Origin: an uncultured Giesbergeria sp.
Lineage (GTDB): Bacteria; Pseudomonadota; Gammaproteobacteria; Burkholderiales; Burkholderiaceae_C
Length of the DNA stretch: 64,000 bases
NCBI GenBank assembly: GCA_947624595.1
Contig: CANQLC010000015.1
Span: forward strand, 4,005-68,004
Reading direction: 5' to 3'
The stretch's first letter is position 1. The number at the start of each line of letters is the position of its first letter. Below the pieces are notes generated by a model. That model had not been told where the DNA came from. It was given only the letters and a program-made list of their open reading frames with translations, and searched no databases. The position numbers and the translations under genes were made by a program. Positions 9,485 to 19,072 of this stretch are shown piece by piece.

Positions 9485-11302
9485 TTAGAAGCTTTCCCAG
9501 TCGTCCATGCTGTTATCGGCTTTGGCGACAGTTGCGCTGGCGCTGCCGGAGGGCAGTGCTGTGTGGGAGTGTGAAGTTTTAGGGGCTTTGGGCACCTTGA
9601 GTGCGGACGATGTGTTGTGGGTGCCAGAGCGGGTGGGCGCTGCCAAGCCGACAGTTGCACTGTGCTGTACTGGAGCAGCTTTGGCGTTGGGTGAGTGGGT
9701 TGGCGCGTGGGTTGTGCTGCGTTGCATACGGGGGGTGGCGCTGTAGTTTTTCCCTAGTTTGAACATGGCCACGGTTTGCACCAAGTCTTGTGCTTGGGTG
9801 CTGAGGCTGGCGGCAGCGGCAGCCATTTCTTCGACCAGGGCGGCGTTTTGCTGTGTAGTTTGGTCCATTTGTGTCACTGCTTCGCCCACTTGGGAGACTC
9901 CCGCGCTTTGCTCAGAGCTGGCCGCACTGATCTCGCCCATGATGTCGGTGACGCGGCGGATACTGTTGACCACCTCGCTCATTGTCACGCCGGCTTGGCC
10001 GACCAAGCTGGTGCCTTGCTCGACGCGGGTCACGCTGTCGGTGATCAACTCTTTGATCTCTTTGGCTGCATTGGCCGAGCGGCCAGCCAAGCTGCGCACT
10101 TCAGACGCTACCACTGCAAAGCCACGGCCTTGCTCGCCAGCGCGGGCGGCTTCGACGGCGGCGTTGAGTGCCAAGATGTTAGTTTGGAAGGCAATCGAGT
10201 CGATCACGCCAATGATGTCGGCAATTTTTTTGCTCGAATCGTTGATGCCCTTCATGGTGTCCACCACTTGAGCCACGACGTTGCCGCCCTGAATCGCCAC
10301 AGTGCTGGCGCTTTGGGCCAGTTGGTTGGCTTGGCGGGCATTGTCGGCGTTTTGCTTGACGGTGGAACTCAGTTGCTCCATCGACGCTGCAGTTTGCTGC
10401 AGCGCGCTGGCTTGCTCTTCGGTGCGACCCGACAGGTCTTGGTTGCCTTCTGAAATTTGCGTACTGGCCGAGGCCACGGCTTCTGAGCCTTCGCGCACAT
10501 GGGCGACTACTTTGGCCAAACCGTCGCGCATGGTTTTGATTTCGGCCAGCAAGCTGGTGCTGTCGCCGGGCTGGGTTTGGACTTCAACCGCCAAATTGCC
10601 GCTGGCAATTTCGTGTACCACGCTGGCGGTGTAGTCAGGCTCGCCGCCGAGTTGGCGGGTGATCGAGCGCGTCAGCACCCAAGCGATGAGTGCGCCCATC
10701 AACGCAGCCACGCCGGCAATGATTAAAAGCAGTTGGCCCGTGAACGCCGTGGTGTTTTGCACAGTTTGCGCCGACTGGTTCATCACTTTTTCTTGGTGCG
10801 CAATGAGGTTGTCCAAAGCTTGTAAATAGCCCTGCAGAAAAGGGCGGCTTTTGCGTAGCAACTCTGGACTGACCGGCTCGCCATTAACAGCCATAGCTGC
10901 AGCCATGATCTCGTCAATATTGGCGTTGTAGGGGCCGCGAACTTGGGTGAGTTTTTCCATTAGCGCACGGCCTTCAGCACTTTGAACGCTGGCGGTCAGT
11001 GCTTGCATCAGCGGACTGGTTTTTCTGCGAATTTCTTCAATACTTTGTTTCTCCGCCTGCATTTGCTGCGGATCGCTGGACGTAGCGATGTTGTTCACCG
11101 CGTTTGCCACCTCATTGAGGTTGTCTTTAATGCGGTTGAGTTGGCCCACTTTGACCACGCGGTCATTAACCAAAAGGCGCATTTCCTTCTCAATAGAGTT
11201 CAGCTCGATGCGGCCCAAAAGGGCTACCACCAATCCGGCCAATATCACCAGTGCAAAGCCCAGACCCAGGCGAACGCCCACTCGCATATTAGAAAATGAC
11301 AT
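9485..11302 (-). CDS. Methyl-accepting chemotaxis protein (4HB sensor, C-terminal pentapeptide DWESF)
   Basis: Two TM, signalling domain [34 protein letters not shown]. Confidence 0.95.
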   Translation of the reverse strand: MSFSNMRVGVRLGLGFALVILAGLVVALLGRIELNSIEKEMRLLVNDRVVKVGQLNRIKDNLNEVANAVNNIATSSDPQQMQAEKQSIEEIRRKTSPLMQALTASVQSAEGRALMEKLTQVRGPYNANIDEIMAAAMAVNGEPVSPELLRKSRPFLQGYLQALDNLIAHQEKVMNQSAQTVQNTTAFTGQLLLIIAGVAALMGALIAWVLTRSITRQLGGEPDYTASVVHEIASGNLAVEVQTQPGDSTSLLAEIKTMRDGLAKVVAHVREGSEAVASASTQISEGNQDLSGRTEEQASALQQTAASMEQLSSTVKQNADNARQANQLAQSASTVAIQGGNVVAQVVDTMKGINDSSKKIADIIGVIDSIAFQTNILALNAAVEAARAGEQGRGFAVVASEVRSLAGRSANAAKEIKELITDSVTRVEQGTSLVGQAGVTMSEVVNSIRRVTDIMGEISAASSEQSAGVSQVGEAVTQMDQTTQQNAALVEEMAAAAASLSTQAQDLVQTVAMFKLGKNYSATPRMQRSTTHAPTHSPNAKAAPVQHSATVGLAAPTRSGTHNTSSALKVPKAPKTSHSHTALPSGSASATVAKADNSMDDWESF

Positions 11303-11441
11303 ATATCTTTGGTTGTATCAGCGATGAATGAAAAAAGTGAACGCGTCCACGGGTGGGTGGACTGTGGCAAGCAAAAACTTTGGGTAAATTTTTGCAGTGC
11401 AGTTCAAATTGCCTCGGCTTTAACAACTGATTTTGTCAATA

Positions 11442-11465
11442 AAAAAAGGGCCAAAGCCCTTTTTT
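11442..11465 (-). terminator. Intrinsic terminator after gdhA (bidirectional form)
   Basis: AAAAAAGGGC-CAAA-GCCCTTTTTT. Confidence 0.75.
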
Positions 11466-11501
11466 GTGTGTGCTTTAGGCACGGGTTTATAGCACGTGTT
11501 G

Positions 11502-12845
11502 TTACACAACACCTTGCGCCAGCATGGCGTCAGCCACCTTCACAAAGCCTGCGACGTTTGCGCCGTTGATATAGCTGACGCTACCATCGGCGCGGCGGCC
11601 ATATTGCAAGCAAGCGGCGTGAATGCCTTGCATGATCATCAATAAGCGCGCATCCACTTCTTCTGCCGTCCACGACAGACGCATGGCGTTTTGGCTCATC
11701 TCCAGCCCCGAGGTTGCCACGCCACCAGCGTTGCTGGCCTTGCCCGGTGCGTACAACACACCAGCGGCTTCAAACAGTTTTGCCGCTTCGTTGGTGCAAG
11801 GCATGTTGGCACCTTCGGCTACGCAGATCACGCCGTTTTTGATCAGCACGGTCGCATCGTGCTCGTCCAGCTCGTTTTGCGTCGCGCAGGGCAGGGCGAC
11901 ATCGACCTTGATATGCCACGGACGCACACCGGCTTCAAAACGCGTGCCGGTGCGCTGGGCATAGTCGCTGACGCGGCCATATAAGTCATTTTTCACTTCC
12001 ATCAGGATGGCGAGTTTTTCTCGGGTGAAGCCGTCTTCGTCAATCACCGTGCCGCTCGAATCGGACACTGTCACCACTTTGGCACCCATTGCCATCGCTT
12101 TTTCAATGGCGTACTGCGCCACGTTGCCTGCGCCCGAGACTGAAACGCGCAGGCCGTCAAAGCTGCGACCCTGTTGCTTGAGCATTTCCTGCGCAAAGTA
12201 GACCGTGCCGTAGCCGGTGGCTTCAGGGCGAATCAGCGAGCCGCCATACGACAAGCCTTTGCCGGTAAAGACGCAGTCAGCGCGGTTGCTGAGTTTTTTG
12301 TACATACCAGCGATAAAGCCAATCTCGCGGCCGCCGACGCCGATGTCGCCGGCGGGAACGTCGGTGTCTGCACCGATATGGCGGAACAGTTCTGAGGTAA
12401 AGGCTTGGCAAAAACGCATCACTTCGCCTTGGCTCTTGCCTTTGGGGTCAAAGTCTGAGCCGCCTTTGCCGCCGCCCATCGGCAGCGTAGTCAGGGCGTT
12501 TTTGAAGGTTTGCTCAAACGCCAAGAATTTCAGTACCGACAGCGTGACCGACGGGTGAAAGCGCAGGCCGCCTTTGTACGGGCCAATGGCCATGCTGTGC
12601 TGAATGCGGTAGCCGCGGTTGACCTGCACCGTGCCGTGGTCATCAGTCCAGCAGACGCGGAACATGACGATGCGCTCGGGCTCGACCAAGCGGTCAAGCA
12701 GGCCGTGCTCGGCGTAGCGCGGGTTTTTTTCAATGAAGGGCCACAGGCTTTCCATAACCTCGGTCACGGCTTGCAGAAACTCGGGTTGACCGGGGTTGCG
12801 CTGGGCAACTTGTTCAAGGAATTGGTCTACGGACGCGTACTTCAT
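11502..12845 (-). CDS. gdhA: NADP-specific glutamate dehydrogenase
   Basis: GPYKGGLRFHP, GGGKGGSDFDP, DVPAGDIGVG, RPEATGYG, GAGNVA; 447 aa. Confidence 0.95.
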   Translation of the reverse strand: MKYASVDQFLEQVAQRNPGQPEFLQAVTEVMESLWPFIEKNPRYAEHGLLDRLVEPERIVMFRVCWTDDHGTVQVNRGYRIQHSMAIGPYKGGLRFHPSVTLSVLKFLAFEQTFKNALTTLPMGGGKGGSDFDPKGKSQGEVMRFCQAFTSELFRHIGADTDVPAGDIGVGGREIGFIAGMYKKLSNRADCVFTGKGLSYGGSLIRPEATGYGTVYFAQEMLKQQGRSFDGLRVSVSGAGNVAQYAIEKAMAMGAKVVTVSDSSGTVIDEDGFTREKLAILMEVKNDLYGRVSDYAQRTGTRFEAGVRPWHIKVDVALPCATQNELDEHDATVLIKNGVICVAEGANMPCTNEAAKLFEAAGVLYAPGKASNAGGVATSGLEMSQNAMRLSWTAEEVDARLLMIMQGIHAACLQYGRRADGSVSYINGANVAGFVKVADAMLAQGVV

Positions 12846-12950
12846 GGCTCAGGACTTTCTTGAAAAAAACAGGTTAATGCGGCACTGCACAACGTGATTA
12901 TGCCGAAAAAACATGCTTCCATGCATTTTTTGATGGAGTTAATGAAAAAT

Positions 12951-14819
12951 TTAACGTCCGCGCAAAAAAAGCGTGTCCAGCTCACGCAGCGCTAGCTGGC
13001 GCCACGTTGGGCGACCGTGGTTGCATTGGTCACAGCGCTCGGTGACTTCCATCTGGCGCAGCAGGGCGTTCATTTCAGGCAGCGTCAGGCTGCGGTTGGC
13101 GCGCACTGCGCCGTGGCAGGCCATGGTGGCGAGAATTTCGTTGCGCGCGCGTTGCACCACGGTGCTGGCGTCGTGCGCGCTCAGTTCCGCCAGCACACTG
13201 CGCGCCAGCTCGACCGCATTGCCCTGCGCCAGCGTGGTCGGCACGGCGCGCACCGCCAGCGTCTTGGGCGAGAACGGCACCACTTCCAGCCCCAGCTGCG
13301 CCAGTGTCTCGTGGCAGGCCTCGGCGCAGGCGACTTCCTCCAAGGTGGCGGCAAAGGTGGCGGGGATGAGCAGCGGCTGGCTGGCAATGCGCGCGGTGCT
13401 ATCGACTTGGGATTTAAGTCGCTCGTAAACGATGCGCTCATGCGCGGCGTGCATATCCACCAGGACTAAGCCTTGCGCGTTCTCGGCCAAGATGTAAACG
13501 CCGTGCAGCTGCGCCAGTGCCCGCCCTAGCGGCCAAGTCGGGGCGTCTGGTTCTGGCGGCGCGGCTGCTGGCGCTGTTGGCCGGCTGGACGCATCAACGC
13601 GCAACGGCACCGGTTGACCCCACAGCGCGCTTAAATCACTGACGCGGTGGCCAGTTCGCTCGTCAGGGTCTTTAAATTTATCAAAATTGATAGCTGCTTG
13701 CGCAGGTATTGATTGGGCTAGAGGCTGATTTGATGCATATTCTGTGGGCGGGGCTTCAGCAGTGGCCACCACTGCCAAGGCTGCAGCGCGTGGCGGCGCC
13801 AGTGCATCTTCCAGTGCATGGCGCACGGCTTGGTGTACTTCGCGGCTGTCGCGAAAGCGCACTTCGATTTTGGTCGGGTGTACGTTGACATCGACCCGCG
13901 CCGGGTCGATGGCGATGTGCAGCGCATACACCGGCTGGCGCTGACCGTGCAGCACGTCTTCATACGCACTGCGGGCGGCGTGGCTCAGCACCTTGTCGCG
14001 CACAAAGCGGCCGTTGACATAACTGTATTGCTGATCCGCCCGCGAGCGCGCCGCGTCAGGCAGACCAGCACGGCCAGTGACGGTGACGCGCCCGTTGCTG
14101 TACTGCACCGGCACGGACTGCGCGACAAAGCTCTCGCCCAGCACATCGGCCAAGCGCCGCGCTAGGGCGTCAGGCAAATCACCGCCATCAGCCAACGTAG
14201 CGCGCCACTGCTCGAGCAGCTTGCCGTCGTGCCAGATGGCAAAGCCGACGTCGGGGCGCGCTAAGGCGTGGCGGCGCACCGCTTCGATACAGTGCGCCAG
14301 CTCGGTGGCGTCGGTTTTTAAGAATTTGCGCCGCGCTGGGGTGGAGAAAAACAGCTCTTTCACTTCGACTGTGGTGCCGGTGCTGCGTGCGACCGGGCGC
14401 AGCTCGCCGCTGCGGGCATCGAGCAAAAAGGCGTTGGCTTGCTCGGCGGGGCGCGACAGCAGCGCCATCTCGGACACCGAAGCAATGGCGGCCAGCGCCT
14501 CGCCGCGAAAACCCATCGTGGCCACGGTTTCTAAGTCGTGCAGATTGGTGATTTTGCTGGTGGCGTGGCGGCGCAGGGCGATTGCCAGCTCGGCTTGGGC
14601 GATGCCGCTGCCGTCGTCTTCGACGGCAATCAAGCGCACACCGCCCGCCGACAGACGCACGGTGACTTGGCGCGCGCCGGCATCCAGCGCGTTATCGACC
14701 AGCTCGCGCACCACCGAGGCGGGGCGTTCGACCACTTCGCCAGCGGCAATTTGGCTGATCAGTTCGTCGGGCAGGTCACGGATGGGGCGGCGTGTGGGAG
14801 TTGAAATAGAGATATTCAC
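12951..14819 (-). CDS. mutL: DNA mismatch repair endonuclease MutL
   Basis: IAAGEVVERPASVVRELVDN, GFRGEAL, DMHAAHER, ACHGAV, CNHGRP; GTG start chosen at 14819. Confidence 0.96.
   Translation of the reverse strand: MNISISTPTRRPIRDLPDELISQIAAGEVVERPASVVRELVDNALDAGARQVTVRLSAGGVRLIAVEDDGSGIAQAELAIALRRHATSKITNLHDLETVATMGFRGEALAAIASVSEMALLSRPAEQANAFLLDARSGELRPVARSTGTTVEVKELFFSTPARRKFLKTDATELAHCIEAVRRHALARPDVGFAIWHDGKLLEQWRATLADGGDLPDALARRLADVLGESFVAQSVPVQYSNGRVTVTGRAGLPDAARSRADQQYSYVNGRFVRDKVLSHAARSAYEDVLHGQRQPVYALHIAIDPARVDVNVHPTKIEVRFRDSREVHQAVRHALEDALAPPRAAALAVVATAEAPPTEYASNQPLAQSIPAQAAINFDKFKDPDERTGHRVSDLSALWGQPVPLRVDASSRPTAPAAAPPEPDAPTWPLGRALAQLHGVYILAENAQGLVLVDMHAAHERIVYERLKSQVDSTARIASQPLLIPATFAATLEEVACAEACHETLAQLGLEVVPFSPKTLAVRAVPTTLAQGNAVELARSVLAELSAHDASTVVQRARNEILATMACHGAVRANRSLTLPEMNALLRQMEVTERCDQCNHGRPTWRQLALRELDTLFLRGR
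13678..13736 (-). repeat. REP-like element copy inside mutL linker
   Basis: tcaaaattgatagctgcttgcgcaggtattgattgggctagaggctgatttgatgc; encodes ASNQPLAQSIPAQAAINFD. Confidence 0.85.
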
Positions 14820-14892
14820 TGAGATGATTTTAGGTAAGGCATGAAAAAGGCTGCCCGCAGGCAGCCTTGGTATCTCAGCGCTATTGCCTACT

Positions 14893-15126
14893 TCAGCGGC
14901 GATTGTTTCGGTCGCTTTTTTTGCCGACCTCGTTGCCAATCAACGCGCCAGCGGCTGCGCCGCCGATGGTGCCCAGCGTTGAGCCAAACACCGCATCGCC
15001 GACTACGCCGCCGGCGACTGCGCCGACACCAGTACCAATTTGCGCGTTGCTGGGGTTGCTGGCGCAGCCGCCCAGCGCGAGGATGGCAGTCAGTACGCAG
15101 GTGGCGCTAAAAATAGAATGTTTCAT
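14893..15126 (-). CDS. Small glycine-zipper lipoprotein (OsmB-like)
   Basis: Lipobox LGGC; GxxxG zipper GTGVGAVAGGVVG...GAAAGALIG. Confidence 0.8.
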   Translation of the reverse strand: MKHSIFSATCVLTAILALGGCASNPSNAQIGTGVGAVAGGVVGDAVFGSTLGTIGGAAAGALIGNEVGKKSDRNNRR

Positions 15127-15283
15127 GGGGTTTCTCCTTGTGGCCGTGACCAGTAATTTGTCATGGTAAAGCCGTGGCCACGCTAGCGCTGTCGGACAAA
15201 GGCTTGTTTAGCGCATTACATTACCAGCCCCATACCACGCAGCAATGTATGCAGTGCGCGGGCGGCTTTAGAAGGACTGTGTC

Positions 15284-15943
15284 TTGGAAATCATCGAATT
15301 TTTGATCGACTTCATCTTGCATGTTGATAAGCACCTAGAAGCGTTCGTCATCGCCTACGGGCCGTGGGTGTATGCGCTGCTGTTTGCTATCGTGTTCATC
15401 GAAACCGGTTTGGTGGTGATGCCGTTTTTGCCGGGCGATTCGCTGTTGTTCATCGTCGGTGCGCTGTGCGGTGCTGGGCTGATGAATTTTCCGCTGGCTG
15501 TCGGCGTGCTGTTGGTGGCGGCCGTGCTGGGCGACCAGTGCAACTACACCATTGGCCGCTACTTTGGTCCCAAGGTGTTTCAGTGGGAAAACTCGCGCTG
15601 GTTTAACCGGCGCGCTTTTGACCAAGCCCACACGTTTTATGAGCGCTATGGTGGCATCACCATCGTCATTGCGCGCTTTATGCCGTTTATCCGCACTTTT
15701 GCGCCGTTTGTGGCGGGTGTGGCTGCTATGGGGCGCGGCAAGTTCACGGCGTTCAACATCGGTGGGGCTATTTTGTGGGTAGTGGGGATTTGCACCGCAG
15801 GCTACTTTTTTGGCAACTTGCCGTGGGTCAAGCAGCACTTGGACAAAATCATTTGGGCACTGATTTTGATTCCTGGCCTGATGGCTATTTTTGGCGCTTG
15901 GCGTGCTAGCAAGGCCGACAAAATCGTGCCCAGCGCCGTCTGA
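15284..15943 (+). CDS. dedA: DedA family membrane protein
   Basis: FIETGLVVMPFLPGDSLLF, ARFMPFIRTFAP; TTG start after AAGGA. Confidence 0.92.
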   Translation: MEIIEFLIDFILHVDKHLEAFVIAYGPWVYALLFAIVFIETGLVVMPFLPGDSLLFIVGALCGAGLMNFPLAVGVLLVAAVLGDQCNYTIGRYFGPKVFQWENSRWFNRRAFDQAHTFYERYGGITIVIARFMPFIRTFAPFVAGVAAMGRGKFTAFNIGGAILWVVGICTAGYFFGNLPWVKQHLDKIIWALILIPGLMAIFGAWRASKADKIVPSAV

Positions 15944-15967
15944 GCGCTCAAGCCCGAACAAGCCGAT

Positions 15968-17431
15968 TTACACCGAGCGGCTGCGCGCCAGCGGTGGGTT
16001 TTTGGCAAAGTAGCGCGTGATGCCGCGCATCAGCGCATCGGCCAGTTTTTCTTGGTAGGCGCTGCTGCGTAGCTTGGCTTCTTCATCGGGGTTGCTGATG
16101 AAAGCGGTTTCGACCAAGACGCTGGGAATATCGGGCGCTTTGAGTACGGCAAAACCGGCCTGCTCGACGCGCGGCTTGTGCAGTTTGGCCATGCTGCCAA
16201 TTTCGCCCAGCAGCACGCTGCCCAGCTTCAGACTGTCGTTGATTTGCGCGGTAGTGCTCATGTCCAGCAGGGCGCGTTGCACATGCTGGTCTTTAGCGCG
16301 CACGTTCAGGCCGCCGATCAAGTCGGCTTGGTTTTCTTTATTGGCCAGCCAGCGCGCCGCGCTGCTCGATGCCCCACCTTGGCTGAGCGCAAATACGCTG
16401 GCACCGTGGGCGGCGGGCGTGGTGAAGGCGTCGGCGTGGATGCTGACAAACAAGTCGGCTTGCACGCGCTGGGCTTTTTGTACCCGCGTACCCAGTGGCA
16501 CAAAGTAGTCGCCATCGCGCGTCAGGTAGGCACGCATCGGGTTGCCGCCGATGCTGGTGGCGTTGATGCGGGCGCGCAGCAGGTGGGCAATTTTCAGTAC
16601 CACGTCTTTCTCGCGCGTGCCGTTGGGGCCGATGGCGCCTGGGTCTTCGCCGCCGTGGCCGGGGTCCAGCGCAATGATGATCAGGCGGTCGGTGCGCCGC
16701 GCTGGGGCAGCCGGTGGCGGCGGTGGCGTCGGCGGTGCGGGCGCGGCAGCGACAACGGTGGGCGCTGGCACAGCCGGGGCGGGTGCTGCAGTTGCTGGGC
16801 TGGTGTGCTGGGCGATCAGCGCCTCCAGTGGGTCAGGCGCGTGGGCTACAGCGGGGGGAGGGGGCGCTGCTGGTGCGGATACCGCCGCTGCGGTGGGCGT
16901 GGCGTGAGTTGTTGGCTTGGCGGGCACAGTTTTGTCTTGCAGCCGTTCGGCGATCAGCACTTCCAGCGGGTCAATCGCTTGCGCCGGGTACAAATCCACC
17001 ACCAAGCGATGCTGATAGGCGGCAATTGGCGGCAAGGTAAATACCTGTGGCAGTGCGGGCTGCTTCAGGTCGATCACTAAGCGCACCACACCAGGCGCGT
17101 TTTGGCCAACACGGATGCCGGCGATGTTCGGATCGTCGTGGTGGACTTTGGCTAGCAGATCGCGCAGGGTGGGGTTGAGGTCTATGCCCTCAATGTCCAC
17201 CGCCAAGCGCGGCGGCGTTGATAAGAAAAATTGCCGCGCATTCAGCGCACCGTTGGATTCAATGGTGACGCGTGTGTATTCAGGCGCCGGCCAAATGCGC
17301 ACTGCCAAGATGGTCGCGCCGTGCGCAATGTGCTGGCGCCCCAGCAGCAACACCAAACTGCCCGCTTGCAGCAGGCTGCGGCGCGAGGTGAGGGGTGGAT
17401 GGTGCGGATGGCGGGGCGGGACAGGGTTCAT
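15968..17431 (-). CDS. amiC: N-acetylmuramoyl-L-alanine amidase (Tat signal, AMIN, Pro/Ala linker, amidase_3)
   Basis: SRRSLL Tat motif; IALDPGHGGEDPG, FVSIHADA, VLVETAFISN; ATG overlaps tsaE stop (ATGA). Confidence 0.92.
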   Translation of the reverse strand: MNPVPPRHPHHPPLTSRRSLLQAGSLVLLLGRQHIAHGATILAVRIWPAPEYTRVTIESNGALNARQFFLSTPPRLAVDIEGIDLNPTLRDLLAKVHHDDPNIAGIRVGQNAPGVVRLVIDLKQPALPQVFTLPPIAAYQHRLVVDLYPAQAIDPLEVLIAERLQDKTVPAKPTTHATPTAAAVSAPAAPPPPAVAHAPDPLEALIAQHTSPATAAPAPAVPAPTVVAAAPAPPTPPPPPAAPARRTDRLIIIALDPGHGGEDPGAIGPNGTREKDVVLKIAHLLRARINATSIGGNPMRAYLTRDGDYFVPLGTRVQKAQRVQADLFVSIHADAFTTPAAHGASVFALSQGGASSSAARWLANKENQADLIGGLNVRAKDQHVQRALLDMSTTAQINDSLKLGSVLLGEIGSMAKLHKPRVEQAGFAVLKAPDIPSVLVETAFISNPDEEAKLRSSAYQEKLADALMRGITRYFAKNPPLARSRSV

Positions 17432-17934
17432 GCTGGCAAATTTTCTAGCAAACGGTGGCCTTGGGCAGTGTGGGCTTGTAAGGTCACGCGGCGCACCGTC
17501 TCGTCCAGTGCTTCGATATCGATAGCGATATCTGCCGGAGGAAGCAGCGCTGCGGCTTTGTCTGGCCATTCTGCCAGCTTGAGTCCCGTACTGGCGAAGA
17601 TGTCCCGAAAGCCGGCATCCTCCCACTCGCGCGGATCGCTGAAGCGGTAAAAATCAAAATGCCAAATCGCCAAGCTTGGCGCTTGGTGCGGCTCGACCAC
17701 CGCGTAAGTCGGGCTTTTGATGCGCCCTTTGACGCCCAGCGCGCCCAGCAGGTGGCGCACCAGTGTGGTTTTGCCCGCACCCAGCTCGCCGTGCAGGGTG
17801 ATGAAGGCGTTGGCCAGCAGCGGCTGCGCGGCCAGTTGCGCCGCGAAGGCGGCAGTGTCGTCCTCACTGTGCCAAATGTATTGGTGCGCAGTTTCTACAA
17901 TCGGGCGATGGTCGTCAGCAGCAGTCACAGTCAA
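17428..17934 (-). CDS. tsaE: tRNA threonylcarbamoyladenosine biosynthesis ATPase
   Basis: LHGELGAGKTT, KSPTY, HFDFYRF, EWP; start uncertain (TTG 17934 or GTG 17928). Confidence 0.9.
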   Translation of the reverse strand: MTVTAADDHRPIVETAHQYIWHSEDDTAAFAAQLAAQPLLANAFITLHGELGAGKTTLVRHLLGALGVKGRIKSPTYAVVEPHQAPSLAIWHFDFYRFSDPREWEDAGFRDIFASTGLKLAEWPDKAAALLPPADIAIDIEALDETVRRVTLQAHTAQGHRLLENLPA

Positions 17935-19023
17935 TGGGTTCCTCAGATTCAGCAATGGGCACGGGATTTGGGATTTTCTCAAATCGGTATCGCCGGGGTC
18001 GATTTGTCCAGTGCCGAGCCCGGATTGATGCAGTGGCTGGCGCAAGGGTTCCACGGCGAGATGCATTACATGGCTGCGCATGGCCTCAAACGCGCCCGCC
18101 CGGCCGAGTTGGTGCCCGGTACCGTCAGTGTGATTACCGCCCGCATGAATTATTTACCGCGCAATACGCTGGATGTCTCAGGAGGCTGGCAGGCGCTGGA
18201 GTTTGCGCGCCTGGCCGATCCGGCGCAGGGCGTGGTCTCGGTCTATGCCCGAGGGCGCGATTATCACAAAGTACTGCGCGCGCGTCTGCAAAAGCTCAGT
18301 GACCGGATTGCGCAGGCGCTCGGGCCGCTAGGCCACCGGGTGTTTACTGACTCCGCCCCGGTGCTCGAAGCCGAGTTGGCCGCGCGCAGCGGCCAAGGCT
18401 GGCGCGGCAAACATACGTTGGTGCTCAGCCGCGACGCCGGCTCGATGTTCTTTTTGGGCGAGATTTATATCGACATCGCCCTGCCCCACAGCAAGCCGCT
18501 CAGCGCCCACTGCGGCCAGTGCCGCGCTTGCATCGATGTGTGCCCAACGCAAGCCATCCTTGCACCACACCGGCTGGATGCGCGCCGTTGCATCTCTTAT
18601 CTGACGATTGAGCACGCTGGGCCGATTCCGCTCGAATTGCGCCCGCTTTTGGGAAACCGCATCTATGGCTGTGACGATTGCCAGCTGATTTGCCCCTGGA
18701 ACAAATACGCACAAGTCAGCAGCTTGCCCGACTTTGATGCCCGCGCGGGTTTGAGCGCTCAGCAGTTGGTGCATTTGTTTGCGTGGGATGAGGCGACGTT
18801 TTTGCGCCAAACTGAAGGTGGCCCGATTCGCCGCATTGGCCACGAGCGCTGGCTGCGCAACATTGCCGTGGCGCTGGGCAATGGGCTGGCGCTGAGTGGT
18901 GATGCAGTGGTGCGTGCCGCTTTACGTGCCGCGCTACACACCCGCGCCGCGCACGACAGCGCACTGGTGCGCGAGCATGTGGCGTGGGCGTTAGCGCAAA
19001 ATAACAGTCAAATCGGCCTCTAG
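17908..19023 (+). CDS. queG: Epoxyqueuosine reductase
   Basis: YARGRDYH, DSAPVLE, CGQCRACIDVCPT, CISYLTIE, GCDDCQLICPWN, WLRNIAVALGN. Confidence 0.95.
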   Translation: MVVSSSHSQWVPQIQQWARDLGFSQIGIAGVDLSSAEPGLMQWLAQGFHGEMHYMAAHGLKRARPAELVPGTVSVITARMNYLPRNTLDVSGGWQALEFARLADPAQGVVSVYARGRDYHKVLRARLQKLSDRIAQALGPLGHRVFTDSAPVLEAELAARSGQGWRGKHTLVLSRDAGSMFFLGEIYIDIALPHSKPLSAHCGQCRACIDVCPTQAILAPHRLDARRCISYLTIEHAGPIPLELRPLLGNRIYGCDDCQLICPWNKYAQVSSLPDFDARAGLSAQQLVHLFAWDEATFLRQTEGGPIRRIGHERWLRNIAVALGNGLALSGDAVVRAALRAALHTRAAHDSALVREHVAWALAQNNSQIGL

Positions 19024-19062
19024 CCCTTTAAATATGTGCGCTAGTAGCTATCAATTTTAAAA
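19010..19062 (+). repeat. REP-like element copy supplying the queG stop codon
   Basis: aaatcggcctcTAGccctttaaatatgtgcgctagtagctatcaattttaaaa. Confidence 0.85.
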
Positions 19063-19072
19063 AGTAGATTGT

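Noticed and set aside
9437-9485. Possible further degenerate repeat copy (gcctttagccc...tagctat)
   Set aside because: The central arm is too diverged to call
12905-12935. A6...T6 imperfect dyad upstream of gdhA
   Set aside because: Weak stem; cannot distinguish regulator site, mutL terminator or chance
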